Assembly (NCBI GenBank): GCA_964510165.1 | Contig: CAZEBC010000064.1 | Span: 1-18,935 of the forward strand | DNA: 18,935 nt | Reading direction: 5' to 3' | Source of the DNA: an uncultured bacterium | GTDB taxonomy: Bacteria; Abyssobacteria; SURF-5 | Part shown: one piece after another, positions 1-8,088 of the stretch | Position numbering within the stretch: the first letter of the stretch is position 1 | Layout: each line of letters starts with the position of its first letter | Made by a program: the position numbers and the translations under genes | The notes under the pieces: generated by a model | Databases searched by the model: none | The model's input: the letters and a program-made list of their open reading frames with translations, nothing else | What the model was told of the DNA's origin: nothing

Positions 1-26
1 CGTGGTGCGTGTTGCGAAAAGGCCCT

Positions 27-218
27 TCACGAAATATATCCTAATCCTTTCAGCTTTTTTTTGATTTCGTCTTCGGAGTCGGATTCATCGAGGCGCTCGA
101 TTTCCTTTTCGAGCACGTGGGTGATGAATTCCTCGACCGAGGAGTAGCCTGCGAGGTCGGAGAAGCGTTTGACTTTTTTCAGGAGTTCCTTGTCGAGTTT
201 GATTTTTGGGCCGAACAT
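27..218 (-). CDS. Small (63 aa) ribbon-helix-helix/CopG-like protein with acidic LxxLGY C-terminal tail
   Basis: ATG at 218 with GGAGG (224-228) 5 nt upstream. PKIKLDKELLKKVKRFSDLAGYSSVEEFITHVLEKEI fits a beta-strand/helix/G-Y-S-S/helix RHH pattern. Ends DESDSEDEIKKKLKGLGYIS. Confidence 0.75.
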   Translation of the reverse strand: MFGPKIKLDKELLKKVKRFSDLAGYSSVEEFITHVLEKEIERLDESDSEDEIKKKLKGLGYIS

Positions 219-281
219 TGGAGCCTCCAAATGGTTTGGGATTCAGTGTTTACGGGATCCGCTTCCCTTTTCGCCTTCAAA

Positions 282-305
282 GGGCGCGATGAATCGCGCC
301 CCTAC
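282..305 (-). repeat. GTAG-family REP palindrome (copy 1)
   Basis: Minus strand GTAGGGGCGCGATTCATCGCGCCC: GTAG tetramer followed by a perfect GGGCGCGAT/ATCGCGCCC stem, immediately after the stop of the upstream gene. Confidence 0.8.
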
Positions 306-309
306 ATTT

Positions 310-2301
310 TCAAAACACTGGTCTGCCGGTCATGGCGCCCGGCGGTTCGATTCCGAATTCTTTCAGGATAGTGGGCGTGATGTCGCGCAGGCGCGGGTCG
401 CCGATGTTCGCCTTTCGGTTGGAGAGGAACACGCCCGGTGTGATCTCTGCGGCGGCGCAATGGTCGCCGCTCCATTTGTTCTTGTTATCAGATACCAGCC
501 CATCCGGGTACGACCCGCTGGCTGATTCCCAGGAGACCCGGTAGCCGCGGTTGTACCCGACGATGGCGTCGGGGGCAGTGCGCTCGTCGGGATTCGTGAA
601 TATGTCCTTGCTCTTGTAGACGCGGAGTATGACCTGTTCGCCGTTTTCGGGGTCGCGCACCTGCAGCAGTTTTTGGGATATCTCATCGAGGAGCTTGTCT
701 TTTTGTGAGGCCGGCACAGGCCCCATGCTTTCGCGGCCCTCAAGGTTGATGTAGAGTCCGTTCAGGCCGAGTGCGTAGGCCTTGGTTCGGTACCAGTTAA
801 CATTCGAGTAGAACTCGCCCTCTTCGTCGTTGGTGAGGGTAGTGTAGCCGTTGTCGCGGAGCCATGTATTGAGGTTGAACCCGCGATAAAAGGGGGCGAA
901 GCCGTGGTCGGATATTACGATGAGTGTGGTTTGGGCGTCGACGCGGCCGAGCGTTTTCCCGAGCACCTTGTCCATTTCCTCGTAGAAGCGATAGAGTGTG
1001 TCGCCGTACTCGGCGGCGAGGTTGGCGTTGTAGAGCGGGTGCTTCGGGTCAATGAGCCACCAGAGCATGTGGGAATTCTGGTCGAGGCTGCCGAAGTAGA
1101 AGAACAGCAGGCCCGAGTCGAATCGGCCGAAAATGTGGTCGAACATCTTGAGGCGTTCCTGCAGGACGATATTGGCCTGTCCGAGGTAGTCCTTGACCTC
1201 GAGCACGTCGGATGAGAGCGCCTTGGTGTCCTCGGGCAGCCCCTGGGTATAGAAGCATCCGATCTCATGGGCGAGGTCGACGCAAAAATCGTCGGGCGTG
1301 GAAATGGGCATCGCGGGGTCGAGCGGGTCGATGTTGATGGGGGAGACATAGAGGCCGAAGTCGGGGTTGACCTCCTTCAGATAGAAACGGCATATTCCGC
1401 TGACGTGCACGAGGTATGGCACAGCGGTGAACTTGATGTGGGTCCACTCGCTCCATTGGCCGACTTTCAGGAGGATTTCCTGGTCCTGTACGACTACCTT
1501 TGCGATACCGTTTTCAGAGTCGGCGTACACGGTGAAAGGGACCTTCAGCCTGGGTTCGTCTTTTTGGAAGCTGTTTTCGGGGCCGACCAGATGAGCCTTG
1601 ACCACGCCGTCGTACACGTCCACCGGGTAGAGCTTTCCACCGGAGATTTCGTCTTCGTCGAACTTGAGGGGATTGTCGGTAAAGAAGGAGAACGTGCCGT
1701 AGGTGCCGAGGATATCGGGCGTGCCCATGTCAGAGAGCGAGATGCCTGGGCTTTCGGCAGGCGGGAAATTGGCGGGCATCTTGATCACCTGAGTGGGGAC
1801 GCCGTGTTCTTCGAGAATCTGCCAGAAGGCCCGTTCGCGGCGGAGCAGGACGGTCTTGCCGCTGGAGAGCGGGATCACCCAGTCACCGAGTGAAATGGTC
1901 TTTGAGGGTGGCAGCGCCTTGCTGGTTGAGAGATAGGGCATGTAGCTGTCGGGCTCGCGATGGATGAAGTCGTAGATGCCGTGTTTACCGGCGTCGGTAC
2001 CTGTGATGAAGTCGGACCAGGCGACGGGGCTCTGCGGCGGTATGCTTGTGCCGAGTCGCAGGTACGAGCCTTCGCGAGCGAGGCGGGCGAAGTTGGGCAT
2101 TCTGCCGTCGGCGATCAGTTTGTCGAGGATGTTGGGGTCCATGCCGTCGATGCCGAGGACTATGACTTTCTTGGAGGGGGCGGCGTCGGAAGAGCAGCCG
2201 AAATGTGAGCCTAGCGCGGCGCCCACGGTTCCGATAGCTGCGGTCTTCAAGAATTCGCGTCGAGAGACGTACCGAAAATCACAATGAGTGTCCCTTGCCA
2301 C
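310..2301 (-). CDS. AlkP-4: alkaline phosphatase superfamily protein (type I phosphodiesterase/NPP-like) with twin-arginine signal, possible Tat lipoprotein
   Basis: SRREFLK Tat motif, hydrophobic stretch and FGC lipobox-like Cys. Motifs GIDG, PPQSPVAWSDFITG (Ser nucleophile position), DQNSH, SDHGF, WSGDH. GTG start with GAGGGG RBS. Confidence 0.88.
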   Translation of the reverse strand: MARDTHCDFRYVSRREFLKTAAIGTVGAALGSHFGCSSDAAPSKKVIVLGIDGMDPNILDKLIADGRMPNFARLAREGSYLRLGTSIPPQSPVAWSDFITGTDAGKHGIYDFIHREPDSYMPYLSTSKALPPSKTISLGDWVIPLSSGKTVLLRRERAFWQILEEHGVPTQVIKMPANFPPAESPGISLSDMGTPDILGTYGTFSFFTDNPLKFDEDEISGGKLYPVDVYDGVVKAHLVGPENSFQKDEPRLKVPFTVYADSENGIAKVVVQDQEILLKVGQWSEWTHIKFTAVPYLVHVSGICRFYLKEVNPDFGLYVSPINIDPLDPAMPISTPDDFCVDLAHEIGCFYTQGLPEDTKALSSDVLEVKDYLGQANIVLQERLKMFDHIFGRFDSGLLFFYFGSLDQNSHMLWWLIDPKHPLYNANLAAEYGDTLYRFYEEMDKVLGKTLGRVDAQTTLIVISDHGFAPFYRGFNLNTWLRDNGYTTLTNDEEGEFYSNVNWYRTKAYALGLNGLYINLEGRESMGPVPASQKDKLLDEISQKLLQVRDPENGEQVILRVYKSKDIFTNPDERTAPDAIVGYNRGYRVSWESASGSYPDGLVSDNKNKWSGDHCAAAEITPGVFLSNRKANIGDPRLRDITPTILKEFGIEPPGAMTGRPVF

Positions 2302-2352
2302 GTTTACCCCCTCGAGGCGGTTGAACCGCCCCTGACCCCTAACATGTTGTTG

Positions 2353-4554
2353 TCAAATGTGTAGACCTGACCCCTCTAACACGCCCCTCTGTTCCTTCTT
2401 CAGGAGCGATCTGCCGTCCATGTAGGCGGGCGGTTCGACTCCGAAGATTTCGAGCGCGGTCGGCGCGATGTCGGTTATGTGGATGTCGCGGGCGCGCAGT
2501 TTCCAATTGGAGAAGAAGACGCCGGGCACGAGGGCGGGATCGATGCAGTGGTCGCCACTCCAGCTTTTCGTGTTGTCGTCGAAGACGGCTGCGGTAACCG
2601 TGCCGGTAACGGACTCCCAGGAGGCGCGGTAGCCCGAGTTGTATCCGATGATGAGGTCGGGCGCGTTGTCCTGGTAAGGTCCTGCGTATGTCTTCTCGCT
2701 GTCGTATATATTGAGGATGGCGACCTCGCCGGTTTGTTCGTCCTTCAAGCCGGCGAGTTTGCGTATGAGTTCGTCCTTCAGTTGGCGGGCTTGCTCGCCG
2801 GGCTCGACGACGCCGCGCGCCTCACGGCCCTTGAGGTTGAGGTAGAGCCCACCAAGCCCGAGCGCGAAGGCCTTTGTGTTGGCCCAATCTACGTTCTTGA
2901 ACCATTCGCCGCCCGGCTGGCCGTCGGTGAGGCGGAGGTAGCCGTTCTTGTGGAGCCAGGAGTTGAGGTTGACGCCGCGCCGGAACGAGTTGAAGCCGTG
3001 GTCGGACATGATGATGAGCACGTCGTTGTCGCCGAGTTTGTCGAGTGCGCGTCCGACAAGTTTGTCCATCTCGACGTAGAGGTTTTCGATGGCGCCCTTG
3101 AAGCGTTCGGTGTCCTTGTCGCGGTTGGCGGGGTGCTTGTGGTCGAGGTAACGCCAGAACAGGTGCTGGATTCTGTCGGTAATGTCGAACACGCAGACGC
3201 ACAGGCCTCGCCGCGTTTTTTGGAGCGCGTCGAAGAACATCTTTTCGCGTTCCTGCTGGATGAGGTAGCACTGTTTTTCGAAGGCGGCCTCCTCGATGAT
3301 GCGCTCATTGATGGCCCATGTGTCTTCGGCCAGGCCGAGGGTGGCGTAGCGGCCAAACAGTTTTGAGAGGTAGATGGAATAGATGAACGGGTGCGAGATC
3401 GGCAGCGCGGGTTTGGCCGGGTCTATGTTGATGGGGGTCATATACATCTCGAAGTGGGGGTCGGTCTCCTTGAGGAGCAACCGGCATATGCCCTTGACCT
3501 TCACGCCTGGCGCTGCCTTGAACGAGAGCGGGAGCCAGTCGGAGTATTCGCCCTTACGAAGGGGGACTGTTTGACCGTCGAGTCGAAGCTCGGCGGCATC
3601 GGCGCCGTTGAGCGCGACCTCGAACGGGATTTTCATCGTGACGGGGTTCTTGAGCATCGTGTTTTCGGGTCCGTTTATATGTGAGGAGATGCGGCTGCCG
3701 TTGCGCTGGACGCGGATTTCGGTTCCACCGGTGTAGTGGCCCTCGCTTCTTTCGCGGGTGGTGTAGTGGGTAAATGAACCCTGGGTGCCATGCAGGTCGG
3801 GCACGCACATTGCGGAGAGCAGCACTCCCCTGAACTTCTCGGGCGGGAACGTGATGGGGACCCTGATGACCGAGGAAAAGAGGCCGTGCTCGCCAAGGAT
3901 GGTCCAGAACGGCTTGCTCTTGCGCAGGAGCCGGATGTCGGGTTTTCCGAGCGGGACCGCGTATTTTCCGAGCGAAAGTGTTTTTGATGCCTTTCCTATG
4001 TGCGCGGAGGAGAGGTCGGGCAGATAGGTCTTCTTGTCGCGCGCCAGGAAATCGTAGATATTGTGGCGGCCGGGGTTAGCGCCAGTCATGAAGGAAGACC
4101 ATGCGACCGGCGAGATGGGAGGGCAGGTGGTGTTGAGTCGGCTGTAGGTTCCTGTTTCTTTCAATCTGGCGAAGTTGGGCAGCTTGCCCTCCGAGATGAA
4201 TGTGTCCACGAGGTTGGGGTCGAGACCGTCGAGGCCCATTATGACCATTCGGTTTGCGAGGCTCTTGCCATAGGCTTTCTTGCTTCGAAGACCTCGGAAG
4301 ATATAACGGATGGGCCATGCAAGGATGGAAAAGAATGCGAGAAAGATTGCCAGGAAGACGACGAAAAACGACGTCAGGAAGGCGAATCCGGCCCCGGGCC
4401 CGATGTAGGCGTGGGCCTGGGCGGGAAGCAATGCCACTGCGACGAGGGCGAGAGTGAGAGCAGCCAGAGTGTGGATTGAGGAGCGATTGGCGTGTGAGGG
4501 CGCACGCCGTGAGCCCCTACGATGTGGTCGAGAAGGGAGAGGATACGTGCGCAT
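2353..4554 (-). CDS. AlkP-3: membrane-anchored alkaline phosphatase superfamily protein (NPP-like) with signal peptide-YIGPG-TM module
   Basis: Signal peptide ending AQAHA, then YIGPGAG, a Phe-rich TM helix and a basic stretch (RYIFRGLRSKK). Motifs GLDG, PPISPVAWSSFMTG, DRIQH, SDHGF, WSGDH. ATG lies 6 nt after the upstream stop. Confidence 0.88.
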   Translation of the reverse strand: MRTYPLPSRPHRRGSRRAPSHANRSSIHTLAALTLALVAVALLPAQAHAYIGPGAGFAFLTSFFVVFLAIFLAFFSILAWPIRYIFRGLRSKKAYGKSLANRMVIMGLDGLDPNLVDTFISEGKLPNFARLKETGTYSRLNTTCPPISPVAWSSFMTGANPGRHNIYDFLARDKKTYLPDLSSAHIGKASKTLSLGKYAVPLGKPDIRLLRKSKPFWTILGEHGLFSSVIRVPITFPPEKFRGVLLSAMCVPDLHGTQGSFTHYTTRERSEGHYTGGTEIRVQRNGSRISSHINGPENTMLKNPVTMKIPFEVALNGADAAELRLDGQTVPLRKGEYSDWLPLSFKAAPGVKVKGICRLLLKETDPHFEMYMTPINIDPAKPALPISHPFIYSIYLSKLFGRYATLGLAEDTWAINERIIEEAAFEKQCYLIQQEREKMFFDALQKTRRGLCVCVFDITDRIQHLFWRYLDHKHPANRDKDTERFKGAIENLYVEMDKLVGRALDKLGDNDVLIIMSDHGFNSFRRGVNLNSWLHKNGYLRLTDGQPGGEWFKNVDWANTKAFALGLGGLYLNLKGREARGVVEPGEQARQLKDELIRKLAGLKDEQTGEVAILNIYDSEKTYAGPYQDNAPDLIIGYNSGYRASWESVTGTVTAAVFDDNTKSWSGDHCIDPALVPGVFFSNWKLRARDIHITDIAPTALEIFGVEPPAYMDGRSLLKKEQRGVLEGSGLHI
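4498..4520 (-). repeat. GTAG-family REP palindrome (copy 2), inside the 5' end of the AlkP-3 CDS
   Basis: Minus strand GTAGGGGCTCACGGCGTGCGCCC; same GTAGGGGC...GCCC frame as copies 1 and 3, with one stem mismatch. Confidence 0.7.
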
Positions 4555-4560
4555 TACTTC

Positions 4561-5871
4561 TCAGTACTCCATATATTGCAGGATGATCTGGGCCACGTCG
4601 GTGATATTAGGGTTTTCGGGAGGTTGTTGAGCCGACCATAGGAAGGCGTCGTCCCAGGTGTGCATCCCCGTGAGGGGAGTTCTCCCGAAGAGATCCTTGC
4701 GCTTTGGTGAGCCTTTGACGTCGTAGCCGTATTTTGAGACGACCACAAGGTCGGGGCCCTGCTCGGCAAATGGTCCGTCGTAGGCCTCTGCACGTTCAAA
4801 CACTTTCTCGACCACTGTCTCGCCGTCGAACGAGAGTTCGCTCAGGCCGGCCTTTATGTCGGCGGTTATGGGACGGACGTCTTCGGGTTTGACGCAGCCC
4901 TTTGGATATTTCCCGACGAGGTTGAGATAGATGCGCGAGGGGTCGAGCGCGAAAGCTCGGGAGCCTTCGGAGATCGCCTCGATCATGTCGGCATCGTCCT
5001 TCTCCAGTCGAAGGAAGCCCTCCTTCTTGAGCCACGCGTTGAGGTAGAACTCCTGTTTAACGCTCGTGAACCCGTGGTCCGAAAGGATGAAGAAGCCCGG
5101 CGTCGGGTCTTCGGCGTTAATGAGGCGCTTGAAGCGCGCGTGGAGCGATGCGATGAATGAGTCCACTCGCCGGTAATACCGGAGAAACGCCTCGTGGTGC
5201 GGATGGGAGGTGTTATCGAGCGCGTCCCAGAGGTAGTGATGGAGCCTGTCGGTGCCGGTGACTACGACTTCGAAGAGGTCCCATTTCTCGCTGTCCCACA
5301 GGGCGGAGACGGTTCGTTCGCGGGCGTCGAGGGTGCGGAACAGTTCATTGACGAGATAGGCGTGGTCTTCGCGGGCACGCATCGTGTCGATGTCGATTAT
5401 GTAGCCATCCTGCTCGAGCCGCGGCAGAAGCTGGGGGGGATGGACGGCCTTCTTGAGACTCAGCGCTACGAAGCCGGAGATGAGGACGCCTTCGATCGGG
5501 CGCGCCGGATAGGTGGACGGTTGATTGACGACGACACTCCGTTTCTTGGTTTCGGCCAGCTTGTCCCAGATAGTGGGCGCGCGCAGGTCGTTGAATGTGG
5601 GAAATCGGAGGCTGTATGAATGCGGCTTGAGGTCGGTAAAGCCGAAGATAGAGTGTCCGCCGGGGTTCTTGCCGGTCATGAAGCTGGGCCAGCTTACGGC
5701 GGATATTTCGGGCAGCGTGACCTGCATCTTGCTGAGGTGGCCGGTGCGCACGATTTCGGCGAGCGCCGGCATTGTGCCGTCCTGTGTGAATCGTTTGACG
5801 AGAGAGTAGGGGACACCGTCCAGCCCGAGCACACAGACGGGTTTTTTCTTTCTGCTCCAGAATGGGGTCAT
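4561..5871 (-). CDS. AlkP-2: cytoplasmic alkaline phosphatase superfamily protein (NPP-like)
   Basis: GLDG, PEISAVSWPSFMTG, DRLHH, SDHGF and TGMH motifs. No signal peptide; the catalytic beta strand begins at about residue 12. Confidence 0.88.
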   Translation of the reverse strand: MTPFWSRKKKPVCVLGLDGVPYSLVKRFTQDGTMPALAEIVRTGHLSKMQVTLPEISAVSWPSFMTGKNPGGHSIFGFTDLKPHSYSLRFPTFNDLRAPTIWDKLAETKKRSVVVNQPSTYPARPIEGVLISGFVALSLKKAVHPPQLLPRLEQDGYIIDIDTMRAREDHAYLVNELFRTLDARERTVSALWDSEKWDLFEVVVTGTDRLHHYLWDALDNTSHPHHEAFLRYYRRVDSFIASLHARFKRLINAEDPTPGFFILSDHGFTSVKQEFYLNAWLKKEGFLRLEKDDADMIEAISEGSRAFALDPSRIYLNLVGKYPKGCVKPEDVRPITADIKAGLSELSFDGETVVEKVFERAEAYDGPFAEQGPDLVVVSKYGYDVKGSPKRKDLFGRTPLTGMHTWDDAFLWSAQQPPENPNITDVAQIILQYMEY

Positions 5872-5920
5872 GGTGTTTTCGCCTTACAGTTCATAGCGCG
5901 GCGGAGGCGCAACCGAAGCT

Positions 5921-5952
5921 CCCTCACCCTGCCCTCTCCCAGGGGAAGAGGG
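5921..5952. repeat. CCCTCACCC..CCCTCTCCC/GGGAGAGGG-type intergenic palindromic repeat
   Basis: ccctcaccctgccctctccc-ag-gggaagaggg, an imperfect hairpin resembling a common bacterial extragenic repeat type, adjacent to REP copy 3. Confidence 0.55.
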
Positions 5953-5954
5953 TC

Positions 5955-5977
5955 GGGCGCATGCCATGCGCCCCTAC
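5955..5977 (-). repeat. GTAG-family REP palindrome (copy 3)
   Basis: Minus strand GTAGGGGCGCATGGCATGCGCCC; GGGCGCATG/CATGCGCCC stem. Confidence 0.8.
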
Positions 5978-6081
5978 AAACGCGCGACTGATGTCAACAG
6001 CCACCGATAATTCATTCATTCGGCAGTACGCCTCTACGAAACCATGCATTCGCAACGCACAAAATCGATCGTGACGAGGCA

Positions 6082-6681
6082 CTAGATGTATCCGAGGGAG
6101 CGGAGGCGCTCCTTGATCTTTGCTTCTTCTTCCTCGGTGTATTCGTCGGTTTCGGCAGCGGGGATATAGTTCATGAGTTCCAGGGTGCGTATGATCTTGT
6201 TGACGCTTTCCTGGATGGTTTCCTTGTCGGTCTCGACGACGACTTCGGGATTGAGGGGGTCTTCGTACGGGTCGTCCACTCCGGTGAAATGCTTGATTTC
6301 CCCTTTGAGCGCCTTTTCATAGAGGCCCTTCGGGTCGCGGTCCTTCAGGACGGGGACCGGGCATTTGCAGAACACCTCGACGAAGGAGCCTATGAGCTTG
6401 CGGTTCTCATCTCGAATCGCCCGATACGGCGAGATAGCGGCGGCGATGGCGATGACATCGTTTCGGGTGAGCAGGTGGCACACAAACCCGATCCGCCTGA
6501 TATTGATGTCGCGGTCTTCCTTAGAGAAGCCGAGGCCTTTGCTCAGGTTTTGTCTGACGACGTCGCCGTCGAGCACTTCGACCTTGAGACCTCTTTCGAG
6601 CAGCACATCCTCGATCCGGCGCGACAGCGTGGTCTTGCCGGAGCCTGACAAACCGGTAAACCAGAGAGTGAAGCCCTTCAT
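6082..6681 (-). CDS. cysC: Adenylyl-sulfate (APS) kinase with extra acidic LxxLGY tail
   Basis: [13 protein letters not shown]-loop, [31 protein letters not shown] and FTGVDDPYE motifs. AGGAGG RBS. Confidence 0.97.
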   Translation of the reverse strand: MKGFTLWFTGLSGSGKTTLSRRIEDVLLERGLKVEVLDGDVVRQNLSKGLGFSKEDRDINIRRIGFVCHLLTRNDVIAIAAAISPYRAIRDENRKLIGSFVEVFCKCPVPVLKDRDPKGLYEKALKGEIKHFTGVDDPYEDPLNPEVVVETDKETIQESVNKIIRTLELMNYIPAAETDEYTEEEEAKIKERLRSLGYI

Positions 6682-6699
6682 GCGTGTTCCTCCTTTGAA

Positions 6700-8076
6700 C
6701 TAGACGGCAGGCTTGCCGATCATTTCCTGCGGTATCTCTATGTTGAAGTGGCGGAGAATCGAGGGAGCGATATCATAAATGGAACACGCTTTCGGTCCGC
6801 CGGGCGTTATGCGCGAGTCGCGCCAGACGAATATGCCGTTCTCGGCGTGGTTGGCGTCATCAGGGCCTGTATCGTTCTCGTAGAGATAGACCGAGCCTAC
6901 GCCGACCGAGCCCGCCGAGCGCCAGTCCAGGTTGCCGAGGTAGACGATGAGGTCGGGCGGGATGCCGTTGGTTTCGCGGTAGACCTCCTCGGGCTTGAAG
7001 ACCTTGGTGTTTATGCATTTGCCATTTTCGTCCTCGATGCCCTCGAGCCGCGCCTTGAGTTCATTGCGGACGGTTTCGTATTCATTCTTCGGGATGACGC
7101 CGCCTGGCTCCCTGTCCTTCACGTTCATGAAGACCCGGCTGTAATAGCCGCCCTCGCCCCAGGCCCTGGTCTTGCTCCAGTCGACCATGCTGGTTTTGAA
7201 GCGGGTTCGTTGGGCGGGCTTTTCCTTGAGCGCAAGATACCCTTCTCGCTGGAACCATTCGTTTATGCAGATTGCGCCTTCCATGGTCTTTGCGCCGTGG
7301 TCGGAGACAACCATGACGGAGGTGTCGCCGGGCAGCGAGTCGAGGGTCCTTCCGATCTCGGCGTCCACGCTGACGTAATAATCATGGATTGCGTGTTCGT
7401 ATTTGTTGCCTGGCTCATACAGCCGGTGCTTCTTGTCGAAGTATCGCCAGAACCCGTGGTGAATGCGGTCGATGCCCATCTCGACCATGATTGCGAAATC
7501 GTAGGAATCCTTGTTGTAAAAATGCCGGAACGCCTTGAAGCGGCGTTCGGTCATGGTGTAGATGGCCTTGAGGAGGTCATCCTTTTCGTCGGTCCTGAAG
7601 TCCTCGACGTCAATGATGTAGTTGCCGTCCGCGGCCTGGTCGAGTTCGGCCTTTATCTCGTCGGGGTACGTATACTGGACGTCCTTGCCGGGAGTGAGGA
7701 AGCAGGCGACGAGCGCGCCGTTGAGCGGCTTGGGGGGATAGGTTTGCGGGACGCCGAAGACGAGTGAGCGCAGCCGGTTTCGGGAAAGGATGTTCCATAC
7801 GGTTTTCGCTTTGACGTACTTTGCATTGGCGAAATAGAGATCCTCGTAGTCATAGCTCTTGCGGTTACGGAAGCCGTAAAAGCCGAGCATGCCCGGGTCC
7901 TGTGAGGTCATCATGGCAGTCCACGCCGGCACGGTGATGGGCGGCAGGGTGGACTTGAGCGGGCCGTACATGCCATCCCGCACGAGTCGCTTTATGTTTG
8001 GCAGATCATCGAGCCACTGGTTGAAGACGAGGTCGGGTTCGGCACAGTCAAGGCCGAATATGAGCAGTTTTGACAC
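6700..8076 (-). CDS. AlkP-1: cytoplasmic alkaline phosphatase superfamily protein (NPP-like) between sat and cysC
   Basis: GLDC, PPITVPAWTAMMTS (Thr nucleophile position), DRIHH, SDHGA and DDANH motifs. GTG start with AGGAG RBS. No signal peptide. Confidence 0.88.
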   Translation of the reverse strand: MSKLLIFGLDCAEPDLVFNQWLDDLPNIKRLVRDGMYGPLKSTLPPITVPAWTAMMTSQDPGMLGFYGFRNRKSYDYEDLYFANAKYVKAKTVWNILSRNRLRSLVFGVPQTYPPKPLNGALVACFLTPGKDVQYTYPDEIKAELDQAADGNYIIDVEDFRTDEKDDLLKAIYTMTERRFKAFRHFYNKDSYDFAIMVEMGIDRIHHGFWRYFDKKHRLYEPGNKYEHAIHDYYVSVDAEIGRTLDSLPGDTSVMVVSDHGAKTMEGAICINEWFQREGYLALKEKPAQRTRFKTSMVDWSKTRAWGEGGYYSRVFMNVKDREPGGVIPKNEYETVRNELKARLEGIEDENGKCINTKVFKPEEVYRETNGIPPDLIVYLGNLDWRSAGSVGVGSVYLYENDTGPDDANHAENGIFVWRDSRITPGGPKACSIYDIAPSILRHFNIEIPQEMIGKPAV

Positions 8077-8088
8077 GGTAAATGACTC

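Noticed and set aside
11-24. Similarity of gttgcgaaaaggcc to gttgcgaaagggcc at about 13462
   Set aside because: Only 14 nt with a mismatch, two copies and no shared context; chance cannot be excluded.
6017-6037. Possible fourth REP (minus strand GTAGAGGCG...)
   Set aside because: No complementary second arm; at most a degenerate half-site.
310-8076. Calling the four AlkP proteins arylsulfatases
   Set aside because: No C/SxPxR formylglycine motif, and no sulfatase-maturation gene in the window.
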